Source: Eledone cirrhosa
Lineage: Eukaryota
Length of the DNA stretch: 64,000 nucleotides
Direction of reading: 5' to 3'
Assembly (NCBI GenBank): GCA_964016885.1
Contig: OZ024740.1
Location: 98,642,001-98,706,000 of the forward strand
Part shown: one piece after another, positions 11,831 through 26,477 of the stretch
Numbering within the stretch: position 1 is the first letter of the stretch
Layout: each line of letters begins with the position of its first letter
Notes under the pieces: generated by a model
Databases searched by the model: none
Seen by the model: the letters and a program-made list of their open reading frames with translations, nothing else
What the model was told of the DNA's origin: nothing
Translations under genes and position numbers: made by a program

Positions 11831-12804
11831 ATATGAGCCTTCTTTAGGAACATGCAGATGCAGAAAAATCACGAGCTCTAACTGTGGAGTTGTTCATTGT
11901 ACCAGTTATGATTTCTATTAGCAGAAATACTTTAATGTCCTACCAGGACTCTCACAAACACTGTGCCCCACTGATAGAGGCATATTTACTCTACCATTGA
12001 CCTGATGATCGATTATTTCGCTAGGTGAACAGGTACTGAACACTGAGATGACTGTTTATTGGTGTTCACTTTTCAGCACAATCATCATTCCTGCATCCCA
12101 AATGTGTCTTTGCATAACCCTACACCGGTGGCTGCTAGGAACTATGCCTTGTGAAATTGCAACCTGGGATTTTTCTCATAATTGCTTATTCAATATATTT
12201 GCAGGTAACCTTCATATCTGAAAGTCATTCTTCAATCTGCCACCTGAAGACTTGTTGTTATGGGAGTTAACTTCTCAACAAACACATAATTACCACTTCA
12301 ACGAGTATTACTTGAAATTGTAACTTCAAACATGTCAAGTATTAACAGCACTAACCTTAACTAGGCTTATAATAAATCTATAATTGTGAAGTTCATTGAA
12401 AATATAATTGGTTACAAGTTCTTATGTAGAGATTATAATTTATTATCATATTTATAGATTAATAGATATTGATATTGTAAATATCGGTTTCAAACTGGTT
12501 GCTATTTATACATTCTAATCGATATGATAGAAATACATTATCATCATAAATATCACCATCTTTGTCTACTTTTGCATACTGACATGGGCTGGAAAAGATT
12601 TTTTAGGCAGTATTCCACAGTCAGATGCCATTTCTGACACCGACCATTACTTGCTTTTAAATAAGGTATCTATTCGATGCATCTTCATATGGCAAGCTAT
12701 GGAGCTTAAACAGTTGTGTAATAGTTGCTTAATGGTGTCAATGTGCATACACATGTGAAGACAAATGCACATGCACATACACATATATATATACAATATA
12801 GAAT

Positions 12805-15404
12805 AGTGGGAATTCCTGAAAGTTAACTTGTTGAAGGCCACTGATGAAATCTGTGGCTGGAGCAGACCGTTAGTCCGGAGGAGAGTGACATGGTGGTGGA
12901 ACAGTAAGATGGAGGAGTCCATCAAGGGCAATAAGAAGGCTTGGAAGGAATGGCAGGATGGGGGTAGTAGAGAACTCTATCGGGTAGCTAGGAGACAAGC
13001 TAGACAACAAGGATATTTTGCAAAGAGGTAAGCTGAGGATAGTAAGTTGAAGTAGATTCTACAATACGAGGACCAAAGGTGTGAGGTTTTCAGGATCATG
13101 AGGCAATGTGTCAAGGAGAATTGTGATATTCTCGGGGAGACATGTGTCCATAATGACAATGGTATACTTGCCCTCATTGATAATGATAAGAATGTAGCTT
13201 GGAAGCATCACTACAAGAGACTACTGAATGAGGAGAACGAATGAATAAAGATAGTCTGCCCCACATTGATCCAAGAGAAAGACTAGCTGTGCAAGTTAAT
13301 AGTAGTATAGTAAGTAAGACAATCAGAGATATGAAGACAGGCAAAGCAGCTGGTCTTTCAGGGATAGTTGATGAAATGTTGAAGGTATCTGGAATGGTGG
13401 GACATACTATGGTAACCCAGATAGTAAACAAAGTAATACAGAATGACTGGCATAGCAGCAGCATCGTCAACTGTTACAATGGCAAAGGACACGCTCTGGA
13501 TAGAGGAAGCTATAGGGGTATTAAATTAGTTGACCAGGTCATGAAAGTCACAGAAAGAGTTATTACTCAACTGATTAGGGATCGAATTGATCTAGATGAA
13601 ATGCAGTTTGGGATTGTGCCAGGTAAATGTAACATGGATGCTCTTTTCTTTGTACGGCAACTACAGGAGAAGAACCTAGCTAACAGTAAACCCCTCTATT
13701 TAGCTTTTGTTGACTTGGAGAAGGCCTTTCAGAGTCGCACGCACCTTAATCTGGTGGGCTCTTAGAAAACTAGGAATATATGAATGGCTTGTGAGAGCTA
13801 TACAAGCCATGTATAGAGGAAGAGTCAGCAAGGCTGGAATTAATGAATATAGTGAAGAATATAGCGTAATAGTTGTTTCTACTTTTGGCACATGCCCAGC
13901 AATTATCCCAGTGTATTACTGGTACTTTATTTTATCGACCCCGTAAGGATGAAAGGCAAAGTTAACCTCGGTGGGATTTGAACTCAGACCATAAAGGGCC
14001 GTAACTCTTTGATGCAAATCATGGCGCTTGACCCTCTACCGATACTGCCAATCCACCTCGGGGTTCACCAGGGATCCATTCTTAAACCCCCTCCTGTTTA
14101 CTATTGTCCTACAGGCTATAACAGAAGGGTTTAAGACTGGCTGCCCATGGGAACTTCTATATGCAGATGCTCTAACTCTCATATCTGAATCTATGGCTGA
14201 ACTAGAGATGTTCAAAACATGGAAGCATGGCCTAGAATCAAAAGGCCTTAGAGTCAACTTCTCTAAGACTAAACTTCTAGTATGTAGAAAGGAGAATAGG
14301 GCACTGGTACCCTCTGGGAAATGGCAATGCTCACTGTGTAAGAAAGGAGCAAGTAGAAATTCCATTCTATGCACCAAATGCAAACTATGGGTAGATAAAA
14401 AATGTAGCGGATCAGAGGTAAGATATCTAAGAATGTAAATTCTATATGTGGCCGATGCTCAGGTGCAGTAAGTAGAAGGACCTACTGGGTGCTAGCTCCT
14501 TCAACTGCCCAGATGGTTCTATAGAAATAGTAGACACTTTCTGTTACCTGGGTGACAAAATCAGCAGTGGCGTAGGGTGCTCTGAAAGTGTAGTGGCCAG
14601 AGTTAGAAGGGGATGGAAACAGTTCAGAGAGCTAATACTGCTGTTGGCCACAAGGGGTTTTTCTCTAAAAGTGAAAGGCAGATTGCATGATGCTTGTATA
14701 CGAATGGCGATATTACATGGTAGTGAGAGCTGGGCGTTGTGTGCTGAAAACTTGCATAGATTAGAAAGAAATGAAGCTTGCATGCTCTGATGGATGTGTA
14801 ATAGTAATGTGTGTGAACAGTGAAGCATAAACGAATTGCGAGAGAGACTAAGCATAAGAGGTATCAAATGTTGTGTTCTGGAGAGGAGATTGTGTTGGTA
14901 TGGCTATATGGTGCATACGAAGGACGACAGCTGCATAAAAATATGCACAGCAATGAAAATTGATGGAAGATACGGACTAGGTAGACCAAGCAAATCCTGG
15001 GACGATGTGATAAAAATTGACCTTGCTCACTTACACTTCTCTAAAACAATGTCACTGTATTGAGATCTTTGGTGCCATGCAGTTGTACAGAAGACCCGCC
15101 TTCCCTTGCATACAAACCTACAGTCAGTAGGCACCTCTTAACCCAATATACACACCACCTCACACAACCTACCCCATCATCCCATTTCCGTCCACTGTGT
15201 CAATGACATAACAAAAAGTACCCAGTCCACACTGTAAATGTGGTTGGCGTTATGAAGGGCATTCAGCTGCAAAAAACCGGCAAGACACACTTCCCTACGA
15301 GTGAGACATTGTCTCTTGACCATTCCCACATCAAATGGAACAAAACCATCTAACCCATGCTAGCGTGGAAGATGGATGTTAAATGATGATGATGATGATA
15401 ATGA

Positions 15405-15408
<4 letters not shown>
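12805..15408 (+). mobile_element. 5'-truncated, frameshifted RTE LINE copy interrupted by a SINE
   Basis: WWWN, KAAG, YRGIKL, QFG, FVDLEKAF, LLYADAL, PHD-type cysteines, GSESW and GRP motifs in order. (GAT)n tail at 15384-15407, followed by (TA)n. Confidence 0.9.
13869..14058 (-). mobile_element. tRNA-derived SINE inserted in the RTE RT
   Basis: Reverse complement of the 16949 family. It separates SEEYSV from GVHQGS in the host RT. Confidence 0.85.
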
Positions 15409-15448
<40 letters not shown>

Positions 15449-15453
<5 letters not shown>

Positions 15454-15602
15454 GCTTCCACACCATTTCTATCTACCAAATTTCAACCAAAAAGCATTGG
15501 TTATCTCAAGACATGTGCCCAAGGTACCATGAAATGGAATCAAACCTGAAACCATGTGGTTGTATAGCGAACGTCCTAACAAAATAGCCAAGTCTGCACC
15601 CA
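15449..15602 (-). mobile_element. Degenerate SINE (third type)
   Basis: The reverse complement has a decayed tRNA-like head (GGTGCAG...TTGGCT..., GGTTTGATTCC) followed by CCTTGGGCA. Confidence 0.45.
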
Positions 15603-16948
15603 TAAACAATAAATCTGGCTAATCATAGGAAGCTGAACTGAAACTTTCTGGAAAATACTTTATACCTTAATTGAGATTGGCATCATGTCAATTACAAAGA
15701 GATGGATATTCTTTTCAAAAGATATATATTTCTTCATTTATCATTAAGAATATTATGTCTCTTTTACTGAATTTCCAATTTTAAATCCATTCCTTCTATT
15801 AATAGTTTCTATCACTGACTAATTTTATTGCATCAACTATATGTCTATAATACAGATTACTCAGTCCCTATTCAATTATTCATGCTATAAATATGTGTGC
15901 CTATGTTTCTACTCTGAGACTTTATTCTACATATATTATCAGATTCTGTGAATAAAGACTTCATAGCTGAACTGAAATCTCAACTTATCTCTAGCAACGA
16001 TGTTACTCATCCATCTGATTACATTAATGCCATATTTCAGATTGATGATAAAATTTCTCTCCACTCATTTCAAGCCATCTATATTCCCAGACCACTTTTC
16101 TCTACCATTTGGTTATATTTATTTTTATAGAGAATGAGAATGAAAGTTTGCCAAACATTGGTTGATATATTTATAGCCTTCAGAATTGAAGAGGCATATA
16201 GTTAGTCTCTTAGAGGCCAATGAGATGTTTCCCCTTTGTATATAGGTAATAGATAGCTGACCTAATGTATTAACTCAGTGACATGAAAGGTTTGAAAGTT
16301 TAATGTATTTTATGGATTACAAGATAAATTTAATGTCGTTTTATACAATAGGAAATTCTATATATATATAAATGAATATACTCTATTATAAATAGTAGTA
16401 AATTTACAATGGCTAAAAATATTTTTTTAAATATATTGGCATTTTGGAAGTATTATTATATGAGTGTATTCCACATGGGTTGGAAGCTTGTTTAACAATC
16501 TCCCTCATTTCCTAAACTTACAAGAGGTTGAATTGTTATAAAAATATTTTTTTCTGTTATTATAGAGCATATGCTTTATCTTTGGATGCGCCATTCTTAA
16601 TAACACCCTCAATTGTAAAATGTTACAAGTAACTTTGTTTCACTTATGTATATAAACAGAGGAAAATAGATTACCATGTTCTGCAAAGACATAATGTAAT
16701 ACTTCTATGAATGAATATATATATATAATTCATGAAGAAGTGGATGAGAATCCTAACCAACCAACTACTAATTTTCCATAATTTTGTGCAGTAAACGTAA
16801 GATTGGAGCACTTTTCAAACTTACTCAAAGCAAGCCTGAAACAAATAATTTTTCATTGCATCTTTTTCCTCATGTAGAACAATAAAAATATACATATAGT
16901 TTCCATTACATTACATACTAACATGATGAAATATTATTTTAAATAATA

Positions 16949-17136
16949 GGGCGGTGGATTGGCAGTGTCGGTAGAGAGTCGGACGCCATGCTTCCAGCAT
17001 AGTTACGTCCCTTTATGGTCTGAGATCAAATCCCGTCGAGGTTAACTTTGCCTTTCATCCGTACGGGATCGATAAAATAAAGTACAGTAATGTACTGGGT
17101 AATTGCTGGCCTTGTGCCAAAAGTAGAAACAATTAT
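16949..17136 (+). mobile_element. tRNA-derived SINE with Nin/Deu-like central domain
   Basis: A box TGGCAGTGTCGG, B-box-like GAGATCAAATCC, core TTTGCCTTTCATCC...GATCGATAAAATAAAGTAC. At least five near-full copies occur in the window. Confidence 0.85.
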
Positions 17137-18655
17137 GTTAAATATATATATTAACACTATTGTGTATTTAAATCTAGAAAACTAGAGATAAATTACAAAA
17201 CAAACAAAGAAAATATTCATGTATTCATTTGTATTTCACATTCGAAATTTTCACAATTACAAATATTCTCCAGTAACTTTGATTTAAAGATGATTCTCAA
17301 AGGTTTGAGGCTTCTAAAATTCAGAGATTGATTCTACACACACACTGTACTTAGTTCCACTATAAGTGGCTGTTATGAAGGCATGAGTATTAGAAAGAAA
17401 ATATGTAAATACAGTAGAAGTATCTAATACATAATCTTTAAGTAGAAGTATGCTCCTACAAATGTATCAATTTAAAGTATTGCAGCTTGTAACCATTTCA
17501 CTCATATCACAATGCTTGTATCCCCTTCAGACATTCAAGTATATCACACCATATAATTTCCTTCATAAATACGTGTCCTAATAGCCAATGAGGGAACCTC
17601 TAGATAGTGGTTCAACTTTCTAGAAATAGCAGCCAAATTCTATCACACTTTACATACATTATTAGAGCTCTGTCAGTTTCAGAAATTAGCATTCAGTTGT
17701 TTGATCAACTAGCTCATTGAATTAGTATGTAAATGGCTGAGCACACCAGAAAAACAAGTACCCTTAAAATAATCAGTGTGACATAGAATGTGATAAAGCT
17801 GGGCCTTTGAATTATCACTGCAACCCATCCTACAAACCTTCACACAGTTTGTTTCTGTTTACATAATTTTTATGGTTAACGACACATTCCCAAGATTATA
17901 TGAAGTGAGATTGAATTTGTTTCTTTGTCATTTCAAAATAAACTTAAGTATTCAGCCATGCTTCTTCCATTTGAAGAAATAAACTTCACACAATGTTATG
18001 TATGATAAATTACAAGATGATATTGTCATTGCTGGAACACATTTGAGCAGGATCAGAACTGAATTGATGCTAAACAACAACAGCAATAACAATTACAACA
18101 TGATATGTGTCCCTGTATCCTATGTAAGAAACCATGTTCATAATGAATTAAGAAACCACAATATTGTGAACCTGTACATGTGTGAGCAATTTATGTGAAA
18201 TAGATTAAGGAAATAATAATTTAATTAAGACTATATTAGGCATAAACATTTACTATTTAATTAATTATGTTGCTAAATTAATGCATATAGAACAAATTGG
18301 CCTGGCCATTTCAGTTACATTCTGGTTTGTTTTGGTGTAAATCACATTTAACTATAATATTTCTTCTTGGGAAGAAAGATGATTATATTTGTCTTCTGAT
18401 AAGAACCAACTAGCTGTGAAACATATAAAGGCAACATCTTCTATTTTTATGTGCATGAATAGAATAAAAGAAAATGTTTACATTCGTTCTTTTTTTGTAG
18501 GGAGGCTAATAGTTTATAACTGCAGTCATATCTACATTATATTTATATTTTCAACTATACACTGTGTTGTATATAAATATGAATTATTATAAAAATATTA
18601 TTCATATATAATTGGCACAATATGTGAGGAATTCTTACTATGGACATTCTGAATC

Positions 18656-18840
18656 GTCATCATCATCACTGTTTAGTGTCCATTTTTCCATACATGCATG
18701 GGTTAGACAGGTTGTCCACACTGGGAGTCAAGTCTGGCCATGTCACTCCTTGCTCCAACAACGACTGTAAATTTGGCTGGGCATTTTACAACTGGATGCC
18801 CTTCCTAACATCATCCACATTTACAGTGTGGAACTGGATT
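18656..18840 (-). mobile_element. RTE-type 3' UTR fragment
   Basis: (CAT)n, CATGGGTTAGAC and CTGGATGCCCTTCCTAAC are shared with the other RTE 3' ends. Confidence 0.6.
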
Positions 18841-18849
18841 GCTCCATTA

Positions 18850-19762
18850 TGAGGAGGGACAGGCGAATACTGAACCTGTCTCACAATGGAACCATAGTTT
18901 TGGAGCCTGACCCATCTCACAGTGGAACCATAGTTTTGGAGCCGGATACTGGATGACATTGATATGAGGAGCCTAACCCATCTCACAGTGTAGCCACAGT
19001 TTTGGGGCCTGGTATTGGAGGGCACCGGTACAAGGAGGGTCAGGTGAGTTGGCCATGCCAAACCCATCTCACAATGACACCACAGATTTGGGGCCCAGTA
19101 TTGGATGACACAGCTATACAGAGGGGTAGGTGCGGAACCACAGTTTTGGAGCCTGGAGTCTGACGTTGGGTGGCACCACTATGCAGAGGAACCAGTTGAG
19201 GAACCCAGTAATGAATGGCACCATTACGAGGAGCCTAACCTATCTCACAGCATAGCCACAGTTTTGTGGCCCAGTACTGGATGGCACTGCTATGAAAAGG
19301 GACAGGCCAGCTGGCTGTGCCAAACCCGTCTCACAGTATAACCATAGTTTAGGGGTCCAGTACTGGATTATGCCTCTATGAAGAAGGACAGGTGTGGACT
19401 CACAGTTTGGGAGCCTGGTTCACAGCAGAAACACAGTTTTTGGAACCTTACACTGGATGATACCACTATGAGAAGGGACAGGCCAATTTAGCCATGCCAA
19501 ACTCTTCTCACAGTGGCACCCCAATTTTGGAGCCAGTTACTCTTCATGTGATGAACACTTCTCAATACAAAATGGCATTTTGGGAGCCTGGAACTAGATG
19601 GCACTGCTATGAGAGAGAAAGACCAATTGGCTGCGCTGAACCCTTAAAACAGTGGATCTTCAGTTCAGGTATCGGATGTCAAGTGACTCCACTATGTTGA
19701 GGAATAAGCCAGTTGGCTGTGCCGAACCCATCTCACAGTGGAACCACAGTTTCAGAATCCAG
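18850..19762. repeat. Degenerate minisatellite, variable 30-85 bp units
   Basis: CCCATCTCACAGTGGAACCAYAGTTTTGGRGCC and ACTGGATGGCAC...GGGACAGGCCAG recur about a dozen times. Confidence 0.85.
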
Positions 19763-22627
19763 GAATATGCATCTCATTGATAATTGTAAAAGGGACATGT
19801 GAGCTCAACATGCCCAAATGTTTAAGATATTTGTTGCATGGCATCATGGGCATGTCTCAATTACCTTACCTAAGATTTAGCAAAGACTTGTTAGTGAAAC
19901 TGGATTTATGGAAACAATTGAATGTCTTTTGGTCAGACTGTACCTGTAATTCAATTGTTCAGCTTTGTCACACTCTGTCATGATAACTTTCCCTGAGAAT
20001 TATATTTACGGTACATTTGTTTATAAAATACTCAATCACTTGCATGTTAATTTCATGAGCAGGCTGTGCCATTGATCAAACAACTGGAATATTTATTATC
20101 AAAGTTGATAGGGGAACTTGTCCTTTAAATTGAGGTGTTCTTGTTAACTTATTATTTACTTCGTGAAAAATACTTAGAAATCATATATAAGCAACATACA
20201 AACTTTGGTTATTATATCTTAACTTTTAACATTCTGTTAATGCAAATGTCTATATAATCTTCACTAGTGGACATAAAAGTGTTATGAAACTTTGCAATAT
20301 TAGATTAAAAATGTAATATTTAATGTGATGCAGTCATAGTGCTATTTTATAATTTTCAAGAATGTCTTGTTAATATGGTTTCATGTGACATAGAACATTA
20401 AGAGTTAACATTTCATCTTCAATACACTGTCTATTGCTCTTGCTCTATGTGTTTGGGATCATCCTGATCAGTGGTCTCAGAGGTGTAATAGTGCATAGAG
20501 TCTGCCAGGTTGACCAGTGCCCTCCATCACCGGCAGTCTTGTACCAGCCTCGCTGTATCCTACAAGGAGATCTTCCTTAATGATGTCCAAGATGGTAGTC
20601 CCATCATCTGAATATTCTGCAGATAGCCCCCTCCCCAGGAGAAACTTTAACTTGTACAACTCTGATTAGACGAAACCAGACTCAACACACTTTAACCCAA
20701 AATAATTTGTTCAGTTCATTTTGCTGTAAATAGCTCAGGTAAGAAAACTTGACTTTAGCTAAACACATTAGAGCAGAGCTTTCCAAGCTCTTTAAAATAG
20801 CAACACACTATCTAAAAATAAATGTTCAATGCCACTTTAATTAAGTGGTGTTAGTAACACAAGATCAACAAAATTAATAAATAAACAATTACACATCATA
20901 TCAATTGTCCCCAGTCATATGTCTAATTATACATGAAGTTGTCAGATTGCAAATATAAATAACAACCAAATACACAACACAAGAGTTTTAAGTTTATTTT
21001 CTCTGCTAATGCAGAAGTTAGGGCCTGCAACCCTATTACAGATTTCATTCTCATCGTGGAGTCCTTTTTTAGGCAATATTTTATAGCTAGATGTCCTTCC
21101 TGGTGCTAGCCCTTTTAGGTGCCATGCACAATCTTGGTATAGCTATTTTAAATTAAATAGTCACAGAAGAATTTTCAGATTTGACTTAATTTTGCTACAT
21201 ACCTAGAGATTATTAAACACAGTTTGGAAACTTCAGCATTCGACAAATTTAAAATTATCCATTGTTTGTTTGCTTTAATTATTTAGTTTTTTTTATACTC
21301 TTTTTGCTAAACATATCTGTAACAAAAGACGCTATCTGTGAGTTTCAAATAATTTTGAAGATACTCAAGAATTTGAAAGGCTTTAGTTATATAACTAACT
21401 TTCTCATGATTGAACTGATGTTTGGAACATTACTATTACTAGACTCTGTATCCTGTTTATAGACAAAGATGTGTAAAATGTGACATAAACTACTTCTATA
21501 TCTGCTTAGTTAACCAAAATTTCTAAAGATAATTAGCTTTTTGCAATTGGTTTCTTATATTATCTCCTATGAAAGTTCTTTTAACCCTGAAGTTTTTAGG
21601 TCCCATCCCGAAATATTCGACAGGGAATAGAAAAAAAAAAGATTACCAGGTAACTTACTTTTATTTTTTGTTACCTCATCTTAAAGCCCATTTTGCATTG
21701 TTTAGCCTTCTATCTCTTTCAACATTATATATTATATACAATGCTTCAAGCAAACTATATTTTATTAATACCAGAACATTTTCTATCTCATTGCTGCAAA
21801 ACATAATCAGTTTTTATTGAATATATTTCCTTTGGGTATTCTTATATAATCCTTTCATTGAAGAAATGCAAGAAGCCAAAGAACTTTCAACCCACAGGTG
21901 TAAATAACATGATAGCTTTTCTCCAATGAATTCTCTGAGTGTACTTTTAGAAAGATCATTACAATTTAGTAGAAATATAAGATTTGAATGTGAAAAACAG
22001 CAAACCTGCATGCAATTGCAATTAATTAATTTGAACATTTGATGTAGAAAGTCTTGCATAGTTGCAACATTGTGGTAGGCCTTATTTATTATTGCATTAA
22101 CAAACCTGTCCACCACATAAAGAAAATGACCTTTGGGCCAAATAAACAGATTTTATAACTAGTGCAATATATATACCTGGATTGTTTATATGTTTCATGC
22201 TAATACTATTAAAATGAGACTTCTATGGCATAGTCCACCGTTGTTCATTACTATGAATTAGATCAGCTACAATTGATTTTCTTCCATGTGAGATTTATTC
22301 TGCCTTGTAATCATGATAAAAATGTTTCCTTTGATTCCAAGTTGAAGCTTAAGAAATGTTACCCTAGCAATGTTGCAGTATAGCATGGTAATAACAGTAA
22401 TTTTTAAATATACACATATATTGACTGACCAATATGTTTTTTGTGGAATTTGGTAGACAGAAATTATGTGGAAGTCTGTTGTATATATACATATACATAA
22501 TATATATATTTATAAGGTAGATTATGTGAGCTGATGATACAACTGTATAGGGCATTCAGATATTTAAAGCTCTAATGTGATTTTATTCACATCAAGATTG
22601 GTGAAAGACAGTTCATATATATATGTG

Positions 22628-22667
<40 letters not shown>

Positions 22668-23924
22668 ATGTGCACCATGCTCCTGTTTGTTCGGTTCAGC
22701 ATGTATCTTTGCATTGATACCTTCTGGGCAGTGGATAAAATTTGTTTATATACTTCATCTAAAATATGTCCCCCAACTTAAATTTTTGATGAGTGAAGAT
22801 CAGTGAAGTAAGTATGTTACTTGTCTTCAGGTAGCATACTTGAAAACAGGAAAGGCATTTGTTCATAGGATACTTCATCAAAATAGGTCTATGAATTAGT
22901 TGAAATGGAAAAGGTTTGCTATTGAAATTTAACCATATTTCCATATCTAGTATGCACTAAACATATATCATGTTTTTCTCTTATTATTTGCCTTCCAAGT
23001 GTCCAAATCATATATACAGCTTATATAAAAGAATGAATAGTTTGTACTTATTACTGCTATCTCTAAGATAGTGAGAACTGAATATGCCTTAATTGTAGAA
23101 TAAGATTTTATTATGGAAATTGTAATATTAAATGCCTGACAGTGACTAGTGACAGGAGACTTTGAAATAATGTAGCATTATAGAAATGGAGATGTTATAT
23201 AGATTTTAAGAATGGAGTGAGATGGATTTGAAGGTTTTTCTAGCAGGGAAAATATGAATTTGTTTATTTTCAGTTTACTTCTGTTAATTTTTCATTTTGG
23301 TATAAAGTATTTATGTATATTATTTTGGTATGGTTGTATGTGTGCATAGGTGCGTATGATTTTATGCATGAATGCATGTGGGTAGTTAATAGAAACCTTG
23401 TTTGAAGTATATTATCTTGTTATTGGTAACAGCTTACAGATTTTGTATGATTTTCAATTAATTTTGAAGATAATCAAGAATTTGTAAGAATTTAATAATA
23501 TAACTCATTGTACATGTTTAAGCTTATGTTCATAACATTACTTAACAAAATTTTCTTTCGTAAAATAATGATGGACTTCTTTTTAGATAAATATGAACTC
23601 TTTTAAATAAAGAGTGCTATATCATGGAACCAAGGTGGTTTCATTGAATTTAGTGCCAAAAAGATTTAGAATAGAGTGAACATATGGGAAAAGTAAAAGC
23701 AAAAGGGAATGAATGTATAATTGGTAAATATATGTGTAGGAGTATCAGGAAAAAACCATCAGTCACACATACATACATACATGCATTCATACATAATCAT
23801 CATGATGTATGTTATGTATGTATCTACAGTAGTATAGCTGAGGGACATGGTCTGTGCTGGTTAACACTCCTATCGTGACAGCACATATTTGAAAATGTGG
23901 AGGGTCAGTGGGGGAAGCAGTCCA

Positions 23925-24030
23925 ATGTAAAAAGGAAAACAGGGCACTGATTCCCTCTTGCAAATGTCCTTGCTCAGTGTATAGGAAGGGAGTAAGTAGA
24001 AATTCCATCTTATGTACAAAATGTAAACTA
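23925..24030 (+). mobile_element. Short internal RTE fragment (first half of the PHD-type insert)
   Basis: CKKENRALIPSCKCPCSVYRKGVSRNSILCTKCKL matches the RTE insert. Confidence 0.75.
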
Positions 24031-25342
24031 AAAAAAAAAAACAACTGTTTACTAGAGTGGATCATGGTGTCAAAAACATATTCTGAATACTTGGCCAGTT
24101 AGTGCTATTAAGTTAGACATGGCCTGGGCCAATACTGGCTGAAACCTATCAAAGTTAAAAATTATATATATATGTGTATGCGTGTGTGCGTGTGTGTCTC
24201 AGTCTGTATATATTTATGCCTGAATTAATTAACAATCAGAGGTGTTTGTTTACATCAAGATAATTAGTAGTTTGACAAATAGAGACTGATAGAATACATA
24301 CCAGATTAAAACTAAGTAGTAGGGTTGATAAGATCAATTAAAATGTTGAAGGCAGTGCTCCGGCATGGCTTTATTCAATGACTGATGATTAATGAGTGGT
24401 CAATAGTATCTGATTATATATATATATTTCATTAAACCTAAAAGAGTGCACACCTTTTGCTATTCATTAACAAATTAAAATCAAACTGACTTTCTTAAGC
24501 ATACATTTTTAATGAATTTTTGACATATGTCAACGTCTTGTTAGTAGCATACCAGTATAGTAGTTGGTTATCGATAATTGTACATTCAATTTTTACTGCT
24601 CCTCATAGAAATCTTGAAGATTTGAACAAATAATGAATGTGAGAAATCAAAGCGATAGAGAACAGATAAAACGACAGAAGATTATATAATATAAAGATTG
24701 ATACAGCTATAGGAATTTAAAACAAGAAGCTAGAGATGCAGTATTAAAGATATAAGAATATAAAAATAAACAAATAAATTAGCAAATAAATAACTAGATA
24801 AATAAATAAAAAATGGTTCTAAATCTGCAGACTGAGTTTGTGATTAACTATGATTAACAATGTTGTTTACCTAAATCACAGTCTTTTCACTGTCAAAGAA
24901 AATTTAGTTTAAATTTAGAAAACAATGTTTTCTGTCTTTTCCAATTTGCTGCTTTTACAATGACTTGATTAAATTACTGTGTAATAGTGATGATAAGACA
25001 AGAAATCATTAATAATCAAAATGTAATGTGCTGGTTTAAATAATTTGACTTTCTACCCAATTACAAGTGTTATTAGAAACTTCACAGAGATATATATCCA
25101 TACAAGAAACACGTTTCTTGTGAAAATATTGTAATATCAGTTTTATTATTACTATTATTATTATTGGCTTGAGAAAAGGAAACCTAAATAACGTGCAGCT
25201 AATTTGCAAGAATGACATTATATTGAGTAATACACAATGAGAATTTAAAACACTAGTTTCTTCTGATATTATTGGAAGAATGTATGTATATAATATTTGG
25301 CATATAAAGAAAAGACTCCAATGACTTGAATAATGCAAATGA

Positions 25343-25426
25343 TTTCTTCTTCTTCTTCTTCTTCTTCTTCTTCTTCTTCTTCTTCTTCTTCTTCTTCTTC
25401 TAATTATTATTATTACTATTATTATT
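25343..25426. repeat. (TTC)n followed by (TAT)n microsatellite
   Basis: Direct reading. It produces the spurious poly-Arg ORF. Confidence 0.95.
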
Positions 25427-26076
25427 ACCACAATCAGCTGTAATTTTATTGAGTGCCATCATTGCATTACCATGCACAGCCCTGTGCACCTTGGGTATAT
25501 ACTGTGTTGTTTCTCTTTTATTGAGAGTATGCTTCATAATATGTGTACAGTGCCTATTAGAGCTATTTTTGTGTGTGATGTGGCTACCAGTTATGATGGT
25601 TAATTGCAATATCATGGGCTCCTGCTGGACATATAAACAACACAAGACCCAACAGCAGTAAGATATTAATGATGATGGAATAATGAGTGACATTGTTAGC
25701 TCTCAAGATATGTATACATTTACAAAAACAAAAGAGGAGTTCACTTTACAATCACATGATTTCATGGTCAGTCATCTAAATACCTTCAATATGGTGTTCT
25801 AGTATGGCTACAATCTAATCCCTGAAACAAATAAAAGAATTTATACACAAGTTTAATGGCACAAATGAGAGAAATAAAACACGATATATTAGCAGAGTCA
25901 TGTATATTTTATTATAAGTGTGAAGCTACACCAGTCTGTAGAGAGCATATTCTGAGTAGGAATAATCTTGTATGTTTTTCAGTGTTTATACTTCTTATTT
26001 CATATTTTCACTGCAAAGGTTTATAATAAAGCAGCAATAGTTGTATCTAACTTAAGTTTACCTAATATATATATAT

Positions 26077-26477
26077 ATCATCATCAGCATCATCATCATC
26101 ATCATTTTACGTCCGCTTTTCCCTGCTTGCAAGGGTTGGACGGGTCCTATTCAACACAGCATCTCTCCACTTGTCACGGTCCTTTGTCATCTCCTCCGTG
26201 AGTTTCAGCAATCTGAGGTCTGCTCTCACCACATCCGCCCATGTTTTTTGTGGTCTACCTCTACTGCGTCTTCCCTCCACTGGGACTTTCTGGCACTTCT
26301 TCACCCAGCGGTCATCCTCCATGCGCATCACATGTCCATACCATCTCAGCCTTCTCTCCTGCACACCACAACTTATCCCTCTTATACCCAGTTTCTTTCT
26401 CAATTTGTCTATGTTTGGTCATTCACGAACATTGACATTGCACATCCAACGGAGCATAACTGGCTTCATTTCTCTCC
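26077..26477 (-). mobile_element. RTE 3' fragment (short-UTR subfamily)
   Basis: ORF 26107-26403 has RRLRWYGHVMRM...GRPQKTW, and its stop codon lies immediately before the (GAT)n tail. Confidence 0.85.

Noticed and set aside
18850-19762. CRISPR-like repeat-spacer array
   Set aside because: The context is eukaryotic, the spacers are related to each other, unit lengths are irregular and there are no cas genes.
20460-20690. GC-richer island as a possible host exon
   Set aside because: No recognisable protein motif or convincing splice-site pair. More likely an old repeat fragment.
21814-22116. 100-aa minus ORF as a host exon
   Set aside because: No recognisable domain and no support from neighbouring sequence.
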